Shown here one piece after another: positions 1 to 9,468 of a stretch of DNA of 64,000 nt; position 1 is the first letter of the stretch; every line of letters starts with the position of its first letter. Made by a program: the position numbers and the translations under genes. The stretch comes from an uncultured Methylophaga sp. GTDB taxonomy: Bacteria; Pseudomonadota; Gammaproteobacteria; Nitrosococcales; Methylophagaceae. The notes below the pieces were generated by a model. The model did no database searches, was not told where the DNA came from, and saw nothing but the letters and a program-made list of their open reading frames with translations. The stretch lies in assembly GCA_965140485.1 (NCBI GenBank), contig OZ223249.1, positions 731,750-795,749 on the forward strand. Direction: 5' to 3'.

Positions 1-1168
1 CAGACAAGACATGTGTTCCACGATAATCAGTGAAAATTTCAAATCCTGATTCGCCAGTTAACGCCTTATCAACGCCATCACTATTGACTGGCAAAATACC
101 TAATGCAGATCCCTTAGTTTCAATTAATTTTCTGCTTTTTTCATCAATCGCTTGTGTCTTTTCTAACAAGTTGAGATAAGCCGCTTTATCTTCAACCAAA
201 AATCGGCTTTCACTCCGTAATAATTTATCGTTGCCAACAAGGTAGGTTTCACCAGATTCACCCAGACCGGCTTCTTTCCACTCTTTTTCAAATGTCATGA
301 TCTGGTTAATGCGGTCCACAGGCATTTGGAAAATCAATACCCCTTGGTTTTGTCCTTCTATTCGAATTGGTGCGGCTACAAAACTCGCAGGACTCTCATA
401 TGACGGTAAATACGGCGCGTAGTCTGCAATCGCAACTTTTTCTTGGTCCTTTAAATTTAACGCCTGTCTGAACGCTTTTCCTATAGCGGTATCGGCATAG
501 GGACCCGTTTTAAGTGATGTTGCGAAATCCAGCTCTTTGAAAACGCTATAAATAATCATGCCGGTATCGGCATCAACAATAAAAATATCGTAATAACCAA
601 ACTTATTTAGGAAGTCTCTCAGAAAGGGATGATACTTTGCGTGGTAATAGCCATATGAACTGTCATCGTTGGCTTGTATGAGTTCATCTTTCATTCCAAT
701 TTTAGCTGGATTATCAATGATATAAGTTTTTTGAAGCGCTAACCCATCCATACTCATATTTGCTAATAACTGATCAGTACTGATGGCGGGGCTTGCCGCA
801 TTCAGAGATTCATACCGTTTAGTAAATTGATTATTGTAATAAGGCGCTACACGCTGACGAAGCGATGTCTTATCAAACTGATTCGTGTCGGCAGCATAAC
901 GTGACGCAGCTGAGTTGAGATCTGAGAGTGCTTCAGATATAAGATGAGAGTCAGCTAAATTAACTAGTTGACTCTCGATAGTAGCGAAGTAATCCTCCAC
1001 CTGATGCTTTTTAACATTACGAAGAGAGATGAGCCGTTCTTCAGAGAGTGTATGCAGAGCAGCGTTTGATTCATTTGTGGCAATATAATTCGTCAATACA
1101 GTAGAAACAAGTATTGGAACAAGAGCGATAATAATCGCAGCCAACGTAATTTTTTGTTTAATTTTCAT
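1..1168 (-). CDS. Membrane sensor with large periplasmic Cache-type domain, probably a methyl-accepting chemotaxis protein (N-terminal part; runs off the window start)
   Basis: Absent from the ORF track. ATG at 1168 (-) reads MKIKQKITLAAIIIALVPILVSTVLTNYIATNESNAALHTLSEERLISLRNVKKHQVEDYF..., i.e. an N-terminal TM followed by a periplasmic domain with a VGESGETYLVG motif typical of dCache receptors. The signalling domain lies outside the window. Confidence 0.7.
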   Translation of the reverse strand, partial: MKIKQKITLAAIIIALVPILVSTVLTNYIATNESNAALHTLSEERLISLRNVKKHQVEDYFATIESQLVNLADSHLISEALSDLNSAASRYAADTNQFDKTSLRQRVAPYYNNQFTKRYESLNAASPAISTDQLLANMSMDGLALQKTYIIDNPAKIGMKDELIQANDDSSYGYYHAKYHPFLRDFLNKFGYYDIFIVDADTGMIIYSVFKELDFATSLKTGPYADTAIGKAFRQALNLKDQEKVAIADYAPYLPSYESPASFVAAPIRIEGQNQGVLIFQMPVDRINQIMTFEKEWKEAGLGESGETYLVGNDKLLRSESRFLVEDKAAYLNLLEKTQAIDEKSRKLIETKGSALGILPVNSDGVDKALTGESGFEIFTDYRGTHVLS

Positions 1169-1297
1169 AGTACCTAATGTGTGAGAGCCGGAACAGTCTT
1201 CTTATATATCGTCCACGAGCACCCATTATTTAATTATTGGTACCAAAAATTTACCCACCACTGAATTCAAACTAATTTGTACAAAGTGGTGCTTATT

Positions 1298-2341
1298 TCA
1301 ATCTCTGAAAGCCTGCTTTGTTTTCAAGGCCAGCGCCACCAGAGATAACATCACCGGTACTTCAACCAACACTCCCACCACAGTGGCTAATGCCGCACCT
1401 GAATTAAGACCAAATAAGCTAATTGCTACCGCAACTGCCAGTTCAAAGAAGTTTGACGTACCAATCAAAGCTGCTGGAGCCGCCACATTAAACGGCACTT
1501 TCCATAAATAAGCCCAGCCATAAGCGATGGCAAAAATACCGTAACTTTGAATCAATAGTGGAATCGCAATCAAGGCAATGACTAACGGTTTAGCCAGGAT
1601 AGTTTCAGCCTGAAAACCAAATAATAAAATCACCATGGCTAACAAACCGATAATTGAATAAGGTTTTATTTTTTGAGTGAAACTATCAATTTCATGATGA
1701 TCCTGACTATTATCAAGACGTTTCCGCGTGATATAGCCCGCAACTAACGGAATCACTACATACAACACAACGGATAAAAATAAGGTTTCCCAAGGCACGA
1801 TAATATCCGTCATTCCTAATAGAAATGCAGTAATCGGAGCAAAGGCAAACACCATAATCAAGTCATTTATTGAGACTTGTACCAGCGTATAATTGGCATC
1901 ACCATTAACCAACTGGCTCCAGACAAATACCATCGCTGTACATGGTGCCACGCCTAATAAAATCATCCCGGCGATGTATTCTTTTGCCGACTGTGGGTCG
2001 ACCCAGCCAGCAAATAAAACCTCAAAAAACAAAATCCCCAAGCCAGCCATGGTGAAAGGTTTAATTAACCAATTCACCACCAATGTCAGACATAATCCTT
2101 TTGGCTTTTTACCCACATCTTTGATCGATGCAAAATCCACATTGACCATCATTGGATAAATCATTAACCAGATAAAGACGGCAACAGCAAGGTTTACATT
2201 GGCATATTGCCAAGTGGCTACTGTTTGAAAAACGGATGGAAATAAATACCCTAAGCCCACGCCGGCCACAATACACAGTCCCACCCAAACTGACAGATAG
2301 CGTTCAAAAAATCCTATTGCTGAAGTAGACTCCTGCTTCAT
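1298..2341 (-). CDS. acr3: ACR3 family arsenite efflux transporter
   Basis: [11 protein letters not shown]-terminus, [13 protein letters not shown] and [16 protein letters not shown] motifs. Confidence 0.95.
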   Translation of the reverse strand: MKQESTSAIGFFERYLSVWVGLCIVAGVGLGYLFPSVFQTVATWQYANVNLAVAVFIWLMIYPMMVNVDFASIKDVGKKPKGLCLTLVVNWLIKPFTMAGLGILFFEVLFAGWVDPQSAKEYIAGMILLGVAPCTAMVFVWSQLVNGDANYTLVQVSINDLIMVFAFAPITAFLLGMTDIIVPWETLFLSVVLYVVIPLVAGYITRKRLDNSQDHHEIDSFTQKIKPYSIIGLLAMVILLFGFQAETILAKPLVIALIAIPLLIQSYGIFAIAYGWAYLWKVPFNVAAPAALIGTSNFFELAVAVAISLFGLNSGAALATVVGVLVEVPVMLSLVALALKTKQAFRD

Positions 2342-2748
2342 TTTAATTCCTTCTCGATGCGAGTTTTTAATAATTGAAAGGCTTCATCGAAAGCCGCTTC
2401 TATCTCCGCCTCAGTCCCTTGGGCTTTCGCTGGATCAGGCGTACTCCAGTGCAATTTCTGGTACTCGCCATAAAAAATTGGGCAGACTTCATTGGCGGCC
2501 TGATCACAAACAGTAATCACATAATCAAAAGGCTGACCAGTAAACTCATCCCATGATTTGCTAACGGGACTTCCCGGATCAATACCATGTCTTTTTAATG
2601 TTTCTATGGATTTAGGGTGAACATAGCCTGCCGGCTGACTCCCTGCACTGACAGCCTGATATTCAGTCCCCTTAAGATAATTAATTAATGCTTCAGCCAT
2701 CACCGAGCGGCATGAGTTACCCGTGCATAAAACCAGTACTTTTTTCAT
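2338..2748 (-). CDS. arsC: Arsenate reductase, LMW-PTP (thioredoxin-dependent) family
   Basis: CTGNSCRS P-loop, VITVCD..A.EVCP. Probable start MKKVLVL at 2748; 4-bp overlap with acr3. Confidence 0.92.
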   Translation of the reverse strand: MKKVLVLCTGNSCRSVMAEALINYLKGTEYQAVSAGSQPAGYVHPKSIETLKRHGIDPGSPVSKSWDEFTGQPFDYVITVCDQAANEVCPIFYGEYQKLHWSTPDPAKAQGTEAEIEAAFDEAFQLLKTRIEKELK

Positions 2749-2749
2749 T

Positions 2750-3127
2750 TCAACTCTCTGTTTTAACGGATTGAGGTTTACAACAATCAACAAATTCCAC
2801 CACAGCACAATCAGCATTATCAGCCTGATGCAATCGAGCTAGATCACTGCTACAACAGTCCTGAACCATAAAGGCAATCAAATCCCTCATCTGCTCAAAA
2901 TTCGCCATGTAGATAATGGATCGACCTTCTTTACGTGAAGACACTAAATTGGCCTGACTTAAATGATTCAGATGGAATGACAACGTATTGTGAGCAATAC
3001 CAAGCGCATCACTGATAGCACCAGCTGCTAAACCTAAAGGGCCAGTTTCGACTAATAATCTAAAGGCTTGTAGACGTGTTTCTTGTGACAAGGCATCAAA
3101 TGCGTTCAGTGCAGTTTCTAGTTTCAT
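2750..3127 (-). CDS. arsR: ArsR/SmtB family repressor with C-terminal vicinal cysteines
   Basis: ALSQETRLQAFRLL...TLSFHLNHL...SRKEGRSIIY HTH; C-terminal QDCC and DCC; probable start MKLETAL at 3127; heads the ars operon. Confidence 0.9.
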   Translation of the reverse strand: MKLETALNAFDALSQETRLQAFRLLVETGPLGLAAGAISDALGIAHNTLSFHLNHLSQANLVSSRKEGRSIIYMANFEQMRDLIAFMVQDCCSSDLARLHQADNADCAVVEFVDCCKPQSVKTES

Positions 3128-3176
3128 ATGTCGATAATAGTCGACATATATTTTATATGTCAATAAGTATGGACAT
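3126..3176. promoter_or_regulatory. Probable tandem ArsR operators
   Basis: Perfect 9-6-9 inverted repeat ATATGTCGA-taatag-TCGACATAT (3126-3149) overlapping the arsR start, plus a second ATGTC-N10-GACAT (3157-3176). Confidence 0.6.
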
Positions 3177-3237
3177 GTCATCGTAAATAAGCGCATGTTA
3201 GAGTGATAACAATCGAACTAACTTAGAGAGGAAAACA

Positions 3238-3900
3238 ATGAGTAAAACATTAGTCATTGGAGCCAATGGGCAGATAGGAAAACAACTTGTGAAGTTACTC
3301 TGCGCTGATAACAGTCCTGTTAAAGCTATGGTAAGACATTCTCAGCAAGCCTCATTTTTTCAAGATCTTGGCGCTGAAACCATCATTGCCGATCTGGAAG
3401 CACCTTTACCTGACGATGCATTCAATGACTGCGATAAAGTTGTTTTCACAGCAGGTTCAGGAGGAAAAACCGGGGCCGACAAGACAATTCTGATCGACCT
3501 CTGGGGGGCGGTCAAGGCGGTTGATATGGCTAAGAAGCATGGTCTTAAACAATTTGTTATGGTCAGTGCCAGAGATGCAGGTAATCCCGAGACAGGCACA
3601 GAGGCCATTAAACACTACAATATTTGTAAACATTTTGCGGACCAGTATTTATTAGCTAGTGGCGTACCCTATACTATCCTTCGCCCTGGCAAACTGATTG
3701 ATGATAAAGCAACAGGACATATTTCTACCCAACGTACCGGTTTAGCAGAAAAGGATGTCATTACCCGTTCTGATGTCGCTGCCTGTGTACAGTTTTGTCT
3801 AAACCATACCGAATCGATTAATCAGATTGATGAACTCTATAATGGTGATGAAACTATCCGGGATGCCTTTATCAATAGTGTTTCTGGACGATTGGGGTAA
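3238..3900 (+). CDS. Atypical SDR family NAD(P)-binding oxidoreductase
   Basis: VIGANGQIG Rossmann motif, FTAGSGG, YTILRPG, ITRSDVA. Confidence 0.85.
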   Translation: MSKTLVIGANGQIGKQLVKLLCADNSPVKAMVRHSQQASFFQDLGAETIIADLEAPLPDDAFNDCDKVVFTAGSGGKTGADKTILIDLWGAVKAVDMAKKHGLKQFVMVSARDAGNPETGTEAIKHYNICKHFADQYLLASGVPYTILRPGKLIDDKATGHISTQRTGLAEKDVITRSDVAACVQFCLNHTESINQIDELYNGDETIRDAFINSVSGRLG

Positions 3901-3903
3901 AAA

Positions 3904-4959
3904 TTACCACCCTGTTAGAGAACGACTATATTGACCGACACATCGTTTGATCGCATAAGCGAGCGTCATACTAATCAGTACTGTGAGCGGAAAGGTAATA
4001 GCAAACTGGACCAATCCGCTCATATGCTCCACATTGGGCAGCCACTTATATCCGACTAAGGCGATTAATACCCAAGGATGAATAAAATAAATGGCAAAAC
4101 TAGCATCAGCTAACAGTCTCAATAAAGGTATTTGAGGGAAGTGTTCGCTCAGTTTTTCCAGCAACGATAAAAAGAAAAAACATAAAACAATCTTCTGCAA
4201 AATCAAGATATCCAGACCATCGAAGGTGAATGGACGTAATTTATGCAGATTGCCAAAGCCTGGATAAATCATCGCTTGAAGTATCGCCAGCGATATCACT
4301 GTGACTCCTAGAATGAATGCCTTGTTATGTAGATATCGCTGTACAGGTTCGCGATGCATCGAGACGAGAATGCCTAATAAATACATCGGTAAAAAATACA
4401 TAACGGCATGCCATGGCGACAAATTACTGGCTGGACGATGAACAATCATTGCTACTATTAAAGCAATTATGAATATTACCAAACGTGCTTTCAGACTCTG
4501 ACGAATGTAACTGATAAACAAAGGCGACATCAGAAATATCAGCATAATAAAAGGAATATACCAATAGGCAAACGAAGTTCTGCCTGTCCATAAATACAGG
4601 CCAATCATACTTAAATAATCTTGCCAGTTAGTTAAAGATGTGATGCCCAATTCTTTTGCATCGGGTAAAGAAATACCTGAACTTAAATAATAAATCAGTG
4701 CTAACAACGATAAAAACACATAAGGAAGCAAGACATTTTTGATTTTCTTCAGCATAAACTGACTGTATTGAAACCGCCTGTAAAAAATATGATGAAAGAA
4801 AAAACCAGAGATAAAGACAAATAATGGTGAGCCACCTTGGATTAAATTCGCTATGACTCTTTCATCAAAACTGGTGATGGATTTGTAACTAATACAATGT
4901 CCGGCAACGATGCATAATATGGCAATGGCTCTAAAGTAATCAAAGGCAAGGAGCCTCAT
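3904..4959 (-). CDS. Acyltransferase-3 family membrane O-acyltransferase
   Basis: FDYFRAIAILCIVAGH, LFVFISGFF, WYIPFI, SFAIYFIHP; multiple TM helices. Confidence 0.85.
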   Translation of the reverse strand: MRLLAFDYFRAIAILCIVAGHCISYKSITSFDERVIANLIQGGSPLFVFISGFFFHHIFYRRFQYSQFMLKKIKNVLLPYVFLSLLALIYYLSSGISLPDAKELGITSLTNWQDYLSMIGLYLWTGRTSFAYWYIPFIMLIFLMSPLFISYIRQSLKARLVIFIIALIVAMIVHRPASNLSPWHAVMYFLPMYLLGILVSMHREPVQRYLHNKAFILGVTVISLAILQAMIYPGFGNLHKLRPFTFDGLDILILQKIVLCFFFLSLLEKLSEHFPQIPLLRLLADASFAIYFIHPWVLIALVGYKWLPNVEHMSGLVQFAITFPLTVLISMTLAYAIKRCVGQYSRSLTGW

Positions 4960-5074
4960 TTAAATTACTACCACGGATATTCGAAACGGCATCAGCTAGT
5001 CACTTCTCATGTGTTAAAACAAGCGAACAATACACCAAATATCACGAATCATTATGATTTATTGTGATTTGAGA

Positions 5075-7906
5075 TCAAACGGTATTATTTACGACTATTG
5101 TTTTTAATTTAGCAATGAAATCTGCTTCAGGTATAGGCTTACTAAATAGGTAGCCCTGATAAAAGTCGCAGCCATTATCAGCCAGGAAATCAAATTGTTC
5201 TGTGGTTTCTACGCCTTCTGCTACAACCTTCATTGACAGTCCTTTTGCTAAGGCAATGACCGCTTTTATAATTGCCTGACTACTCTCCCCAAGTTCAATA
5301 TTACGTACAAACTGTTGATCAATTTTTAGCGTATTAAGTGGCAGGTCTTGAAGATAAGATAAAGACGAAAACCCCGTTCCAAAATCATCCATTGCTAACG
5401 TCATGCCTAACTCTCTCAATGCAGTCATTCGTTGAATACAAACATCCTTGTTAGCAATAGCGACTGTTTCGGTAAGTTCTAATTCAATAAAATCTGGGTT
5501 TGTCTGAGTTTTCTCTAAAATCCCAGATAGATGAGAAACCAGAGAATCCCTACCAAACTCAACGGCTGATAAATTGACTGCAATAGGTACGGCTGGCAGA
5601 TTATTCTCAATTAATCTATTCACTAGGTGACAGCAACGTTCAAATACCCAACGTCCTATCTCAATAATTAATAGTGACTGTTCGGCAATGGGGATAAACT
5701 TGGCAGGCGACACCATACCCAACTCGGGATGAATCCATCTAATTAGCGCTTCAGCACCGATTATTTTCTGTTGGCTATCAAATTTAGGTTGAAAATAGAT
5801 AACCAATTCATCTTTTTCGATAGCCTGGCGTAAGTCATGTTCCAACTTCATACTTTCAACTGCTTTAGATGTCATAGCAGACTGATAAAAATGAAAGTCG
5901 GCCCGCCCAGCAGATTTTGCATGATACATCGCCGCATCAGCATGTTCTATGATCGCATCAGCATTGTCACCGTCATCAGGAAATATAGCGATACCAATGC
6001 TGGCAGTGATATGAAGTGATTGTCCATTAACCTCATACGGCTGAGACAGTGCGGTCAATATTTTTTTAGCAATGCTGCTTGAGATTGATACCGGAGCCTG
6101 TATGTGATCAAAGTCTGTCAGCAAAATAACAAATTCATCTCCGCTGATTCTTACTGCCAGATCCGTTTCACGGCAATTCTTTTCCAGGCGCTGAGCAACT
6201 TCTCTCAATAAAGTATCACCCGCAGCATGTCCCATCGAATCGTTAATACTTTTAAAACGGTCAAGATCGACAAATAATACGCAAAAAGCTGTTTTATCAC
6301 GCTTTGCTCTTGCAACAGCCTGTTTTAAATGCTCATTTAAGACACGACGATTTGCTAAGCCTGTTAATCCATCATAGTGCGCCTGGTTATAGAGTTTTTC
6401 TTCCCATGCCGCGTTTGATAATGCCACTGCAATACGATCCCCGAAGTTTCTAGCCGTATTTTTCACTTCATTGGTGATGGCAGATAGCTGATAGTAAGCA
6501 AAACCGACAATAGCAGTAAGCTGTTGATTAACCATAACTGGCACTACCAGATAATAAAATCGCTGATCATTAAAAATTGATTTGATATAGGAATTTGGCG
6601 GTAACTCTTCACTCGCGATAATAAAAAAACGGTTTTGCTCCGATTGAAGAAATCGATAATCCTCATCGCTGAGTACACTAGGTTTCATAACTACGCGCAT
6701 TTGCTGGTCACTTTTGCGGTAATAGAGTTTTTCAATTTCTGGGGAGTTCGGATTGAGACTGGCAATCGCCATCATGTCGACATCGAGCGTGACGGGAAGG
6801 CGCTCCAATGCAGTTACTATCACCTCCTCAGCTTCCCGCACAGAGAGTATCTGACGATCGATCTCACTCATTGTTGTCTGTATATCAAACTGCGTCTGGA
6901 TATGCCGCGTCATTTTATTAAATGAATCGGCAAGAGACTGAAACTCATCTCCACTATTGATATTTACCCGTTGAGAATAATCACCTTTCCCCACCTTCTC
7001 CGTCGCTTCCTGCAGAAAAGAAAGTGGCTGCAAATAGCGTGTGATAAGTTTTGTGACAAAAAACATAACCACTAGAACTGCCAGCATAATGATAGGAGGA
7101 TAAAACGATTTAAAATGCCGGTTTGCAGAGAGTGCTATCGAAGCGGATTGCAATTGAACGATAATAACATCTGAGGAGTTGAACATATTGTGCAATGGCG
7201 TCAGCCAAAAGCCCACTAACAATGTTTTATGTCTATTCTGCTGCCATTTGAATGTACCACTACTTTCAGAAAATAATTTTTGATGCAATGCAGATGCCAG
7301 GGCTGGTTGCTTACTACTACTGAACCATAAACGTCCATTCACCCCATAGACCAATAAATCATTAGCACCGAGTAAGTCTGTTTCCCAAATAGACTCAGCT
7401 TTAAGGCGCCCCATTAACATACCCGATTGCTGGTGAATAAGTGGAACAATCACCCAAAGTGACGTCATTCCTGAACCATCAACATCAACGATCACTGTTT
7501 CTCCAGCATTGATTGCAGACTGTTGGTCTGAATTTAGTTCTGGCGCCTTGAGTTTTCCACCCAGTAAAAATCTACTGTTACCTGAATAATTAACAGCAAT
7601 ATGGGTAAAAAGTGATGTCAGCCTGTCTTCTTGGCGTGCTACCTGACTAGCATTAGTTGCTTTAGCAATTTTGTTATCAAGCAATTTAAGTGTGCTTTCT
7701 GCCACAACCAAACGGTCTATCAAACGTAGTCCATAATCTTTACTACTCTTACGTAACCCTGAAAATGCTTGTTGCTCTAATTCACCATTAACTTGATAAA
7801 ACGACACTACTCCAAGAATAGCAACAGGAATAATGGTGGCTAAAATAAAGGCTATGTATAGGCGTTTAGCAACGGTATTTGTACTGAAAAGAGAACGTGA
7901 GAGCAT
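5075..7906 (-). CDS. Membrane-bound diguanylate cyclase/phosphodiesterase (TM-periplasmic sensor-TM-HAMP-GAF-like-GGDEF-EAL)
   Basis: HYDGLTGLANR, DLDRFKSINDSMGHAAGD, RISGDEF, AEALIRW, DDFGTGFSSL, EGVET; HAMP-like DEFQSLADSFNKM. Confidence 0.92.
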   Translation of the reverse strand: MLSRSLFSTNTVAKRLYIAFILATIIPVAILGVVSFYQVNGELEQQAFSGLRKSSKDYGLRLIDRLVVAESTLKLLDNKIAKATNASQVARQEDRLTSLFTHIAVNYSGNSRFLLGGKLKAPELNSDQQSAINAGETVIVDVDGSGMTSLWVIVPLIHQQSGMLMGRLKAESIWETDLLGANDLLVYGVNGRLWFSSSKQPALASALHQKLFSESSGTFKWQQNRHKTLLVGFWLTPLHNMFNSSDVIIVQLQSASIALSANRHFKSFYPPIIMLAVLVVMFFVTKLITRYLQPLSFLQEATEKVGKGDYSQRVNINSGDEFQSLADSFNKMTRHIQTQFDIQTTMSEIDRQILSVREAEEVIVTALERLPVTLDVDMMAIASLNPNSPEIEKLYYRKSDQQMRVVMKPSVLSDEDYRFLQSEQNRFFIIASEELPPNSYIKSIFNDQRFYYLVVPVMVNQQLTAIVGFAYYQLSAITNEVKNTARNFGDRIAVALSNAAWEEKLYNQAHYDGLTGLANRRVLNEHLKQAVARAKRDKTAFCVLFVDLDRFKSINDSMGHAAGDTLLREVAQRLEKNCRETDLAVRISGDEFVILLTDFDHIQAPVSISSSIAKKILTALSQPYEVNGQSLHITASIGIAIFPDDGDNADAIIEHADAAMYHAKSAGRADFHFYQSAMTSKAVESMKLEHDLRQAIEKDELVIYFQPKFDSQQKIIGAEALIRWIHPELGMVSPAKFIPIAEQSLLIIEIGRWVFERCCHLVNRLIENNLPAVPIAVNLSAVEFGRDSLVSHLSGILEKTQTNPDFIELELTETVAIANKDVCIQRMTALRELGMTLAMDDFGTGFSSLSYLQDLPLNTLKIDQQFVRNIELGESSQAIIKAVIALAKGLSMKVVAEGVETTEQFDFLADNGCDFYQGYLFSKPIPEADFIAKLKTIVVNNTV

Positions 7907-7909
7907 CGA

Positions 7910-8446
7910 TTAGAAGTCTTCCGCCACACCAATAAACAAGCCGTCTCTAGCAATAATAATGTCATCAAGACTGTCTTTATTCGAGATCTGTTTTTTGGTC
8001 AACCCATCTTTTCCTTTGCTATAGAAATCATATTGAGTGTTGATGGGATTCAGCTTCTTATCTTTTCTTACTTGTCCTTTTATTCCCGGACCGGCATTGG
8101 CAATATTTAGATAAATATATTGATTACCCCATGGGTCATTACCATTGTTGGGTAAATTACCAAGCTCAGTAATATCTGCCGGGAAACGATTCGTTTCAGC
8201 ATAAAACCGTTCAATAAAAAAACGTACTTTGGTCAGATCTGCTACGGCCAACTGCTTGTCAGCCTCTTCCCGATATTGCTGATAACTGGGCACAGCAATC
8301 ATTGATAAAACACCAATAATCGCAACAACAATCATGAGCTCAATAAGTGTCAGTCCACTGTCACGATGCCTACTCCATGAGTGAACACTACAAACTAAAG
8401 GAGAACTATATGCAATGCTATCTTGGTGATTATGGTTAAAAGTCAT
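7910..8446 (-). CDS. Prepilin-type (GspG-like) pseudopilin
   Basis: SG|LTLIELMIVVAIIGVL N-methylation motif, DPWGNQY and YSKGKDG...DDII motifs. Probable start 8446 (AAGG upstream); ORF-track start is 8488. Confidence 0.8.
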   Translation of the reverse strand: MTFNHNHQDSIAYSSPLVCSVHSWSRHRDSGLTLIELMIVVAIIGVLSMIAVPSYQQYREEADKQLAVADLTKVRFFIERFYAETNRFPADITELGNLPNNGNDPWGNQYIYLNIANAGPGIKGQVRKDKKLNPINTQYDFYSKGKDGLTKKQISNKDSLDDIIIARDGLFIGVAEDF

Positions 8447-8555
8447 CTTACCTTGTGATTTAGCGAAAAAGCAGTGTATGCAAGTCAATAAACGACCTGA
8501 TATATGCTTCTATTTTATATTGCGCACAAGGTTTCTACTAACTCTGATATTTACT

Positions 8556-8577
8556 AATCGTGAACAATCTCACAATT
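8556..8577. promoter_or_regulatory. Candidate CRP (cAMP receptor protein) site upstream of the pseudopilin gene
   Basis: AAT-CGTGA-acaatc-TCACA-ATT versus consensus AAA-TGTGA-N6-TCACA-TTT. Confidence 0.5.
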
Positions 8578-8598
8578 TCAACTAAACAGCATGACTTT

Positions 8599-9345
8599 TT
8601 ACCAATATTTCTCAATACTGATTTGCCCCGGTTCACGTCGGGAATGTTTTTTTAAGCCGTGTGTATTAATTAGGACTTCCATCGTTTCATTCACCATGTC
8701 TGGATTACCGCATAACATCACTTGACTCTCTTCTGCAGTAATTTTCAGACCGGTACGTTGCTCAAAGCGTCCATCTTCAACTGCTTGAGGAATACGTCCT
8801 GATAAGGCCTCCGGAGCTTCTTCCCGACTAACAAAAGGCACATAGATAAACTGATCCTGATGTGCTGTATTTATCGAGTCAATATTATCTTGATAGGTCA
8901 GCTCATTTTGATATCTGACAGCATGGACTAAAACGATCTTCTCATATTGCTGCCACACTTCTCTGGTGTTCAGAATAGAAAGAAAAGGACCGACGCCTGT
9001 GCCAGTAGAGAGTAAATACAGGTGTTTACCCTCAGGTAATTGATCTAAGGTCAATAATCCAGCGGCTTTTGGGGCCACTAAGACCTCATCTCCAGCCTTA
9101 AGTTTGGCCAGTCGGGTAGATAGCAGCCCATCAAGTACTTCTATAAAGTAAAAATCGAGCGGTCGGGTATCAGGACTATTCACTATAGAGAATGGACGGC
9201 TAACCAGTTCACCCTCAACTTCCAAAGCCAAACGGGTAAATTGCCCGGCTTTAAACAGTGGATAATCAACATCCAGTCTCAATGAGTGCAAACGATCATT
9301 CCACTGTTTATTTTCAACTACCGTTGCTGTTAGCCAATCAGCCAT
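8599..9345 (-). CDS. fpr: Ferredoxin--NADP+ reductase (bacterial type)
   Basis: FKAGQF, RPFSIV, TGTGVGPF, MLCGNPDM, C-terminal EKYW. Confidence 0.92.
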   Translation of the reverse strand: MADWLTATVVENKQWNDRLHSLRLDVDYPLFKAGQFTRLALEVEGELVSRPFSIVNSPDTRPLDFYFIEVLDGLLSTRLAKLKAGDEVLVAPKAAGLLTLDQLPEGKHLYLLSTGTGVGPFLSILNTREVWQQYEKIVLVHAVRYQNELTYQDNIDSINTAHQDQFIYVPFVSREEAPEALSGRIPQAVEDGRFEQRTGLKITAEESQVMLCGNPDMVNETMEVLINTHGLKKHSRREPGQISIEKYW

Positions 9346-9468
9346 TATGGAGTCTCCGTTTTTTGTCGAGTTGATATAACTTTCCAGTTTATGGTCATGC
9401 TACTATCAATCGACTTTTAATACGACGTATACAGCCGACATTAAATTAGCTTGAAGGATTAACGCTCA

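Noticed and set aside
1893-2556. Plus-strand ORFs (88 and 60 aa) opposite acr3/arsC
   Set aside because: Antisense shadows without RBS or motifs; the same applies to the many 60-120 aa shadow ORFs across the housekeeping operons.
5041-5078. TGTGA-containing sequence as a CRP/FNR/Fur site
   Set aside because: The spacing is wrong for CRP (7 rather than 6) and the match to FNR and Fur consensus is poor.
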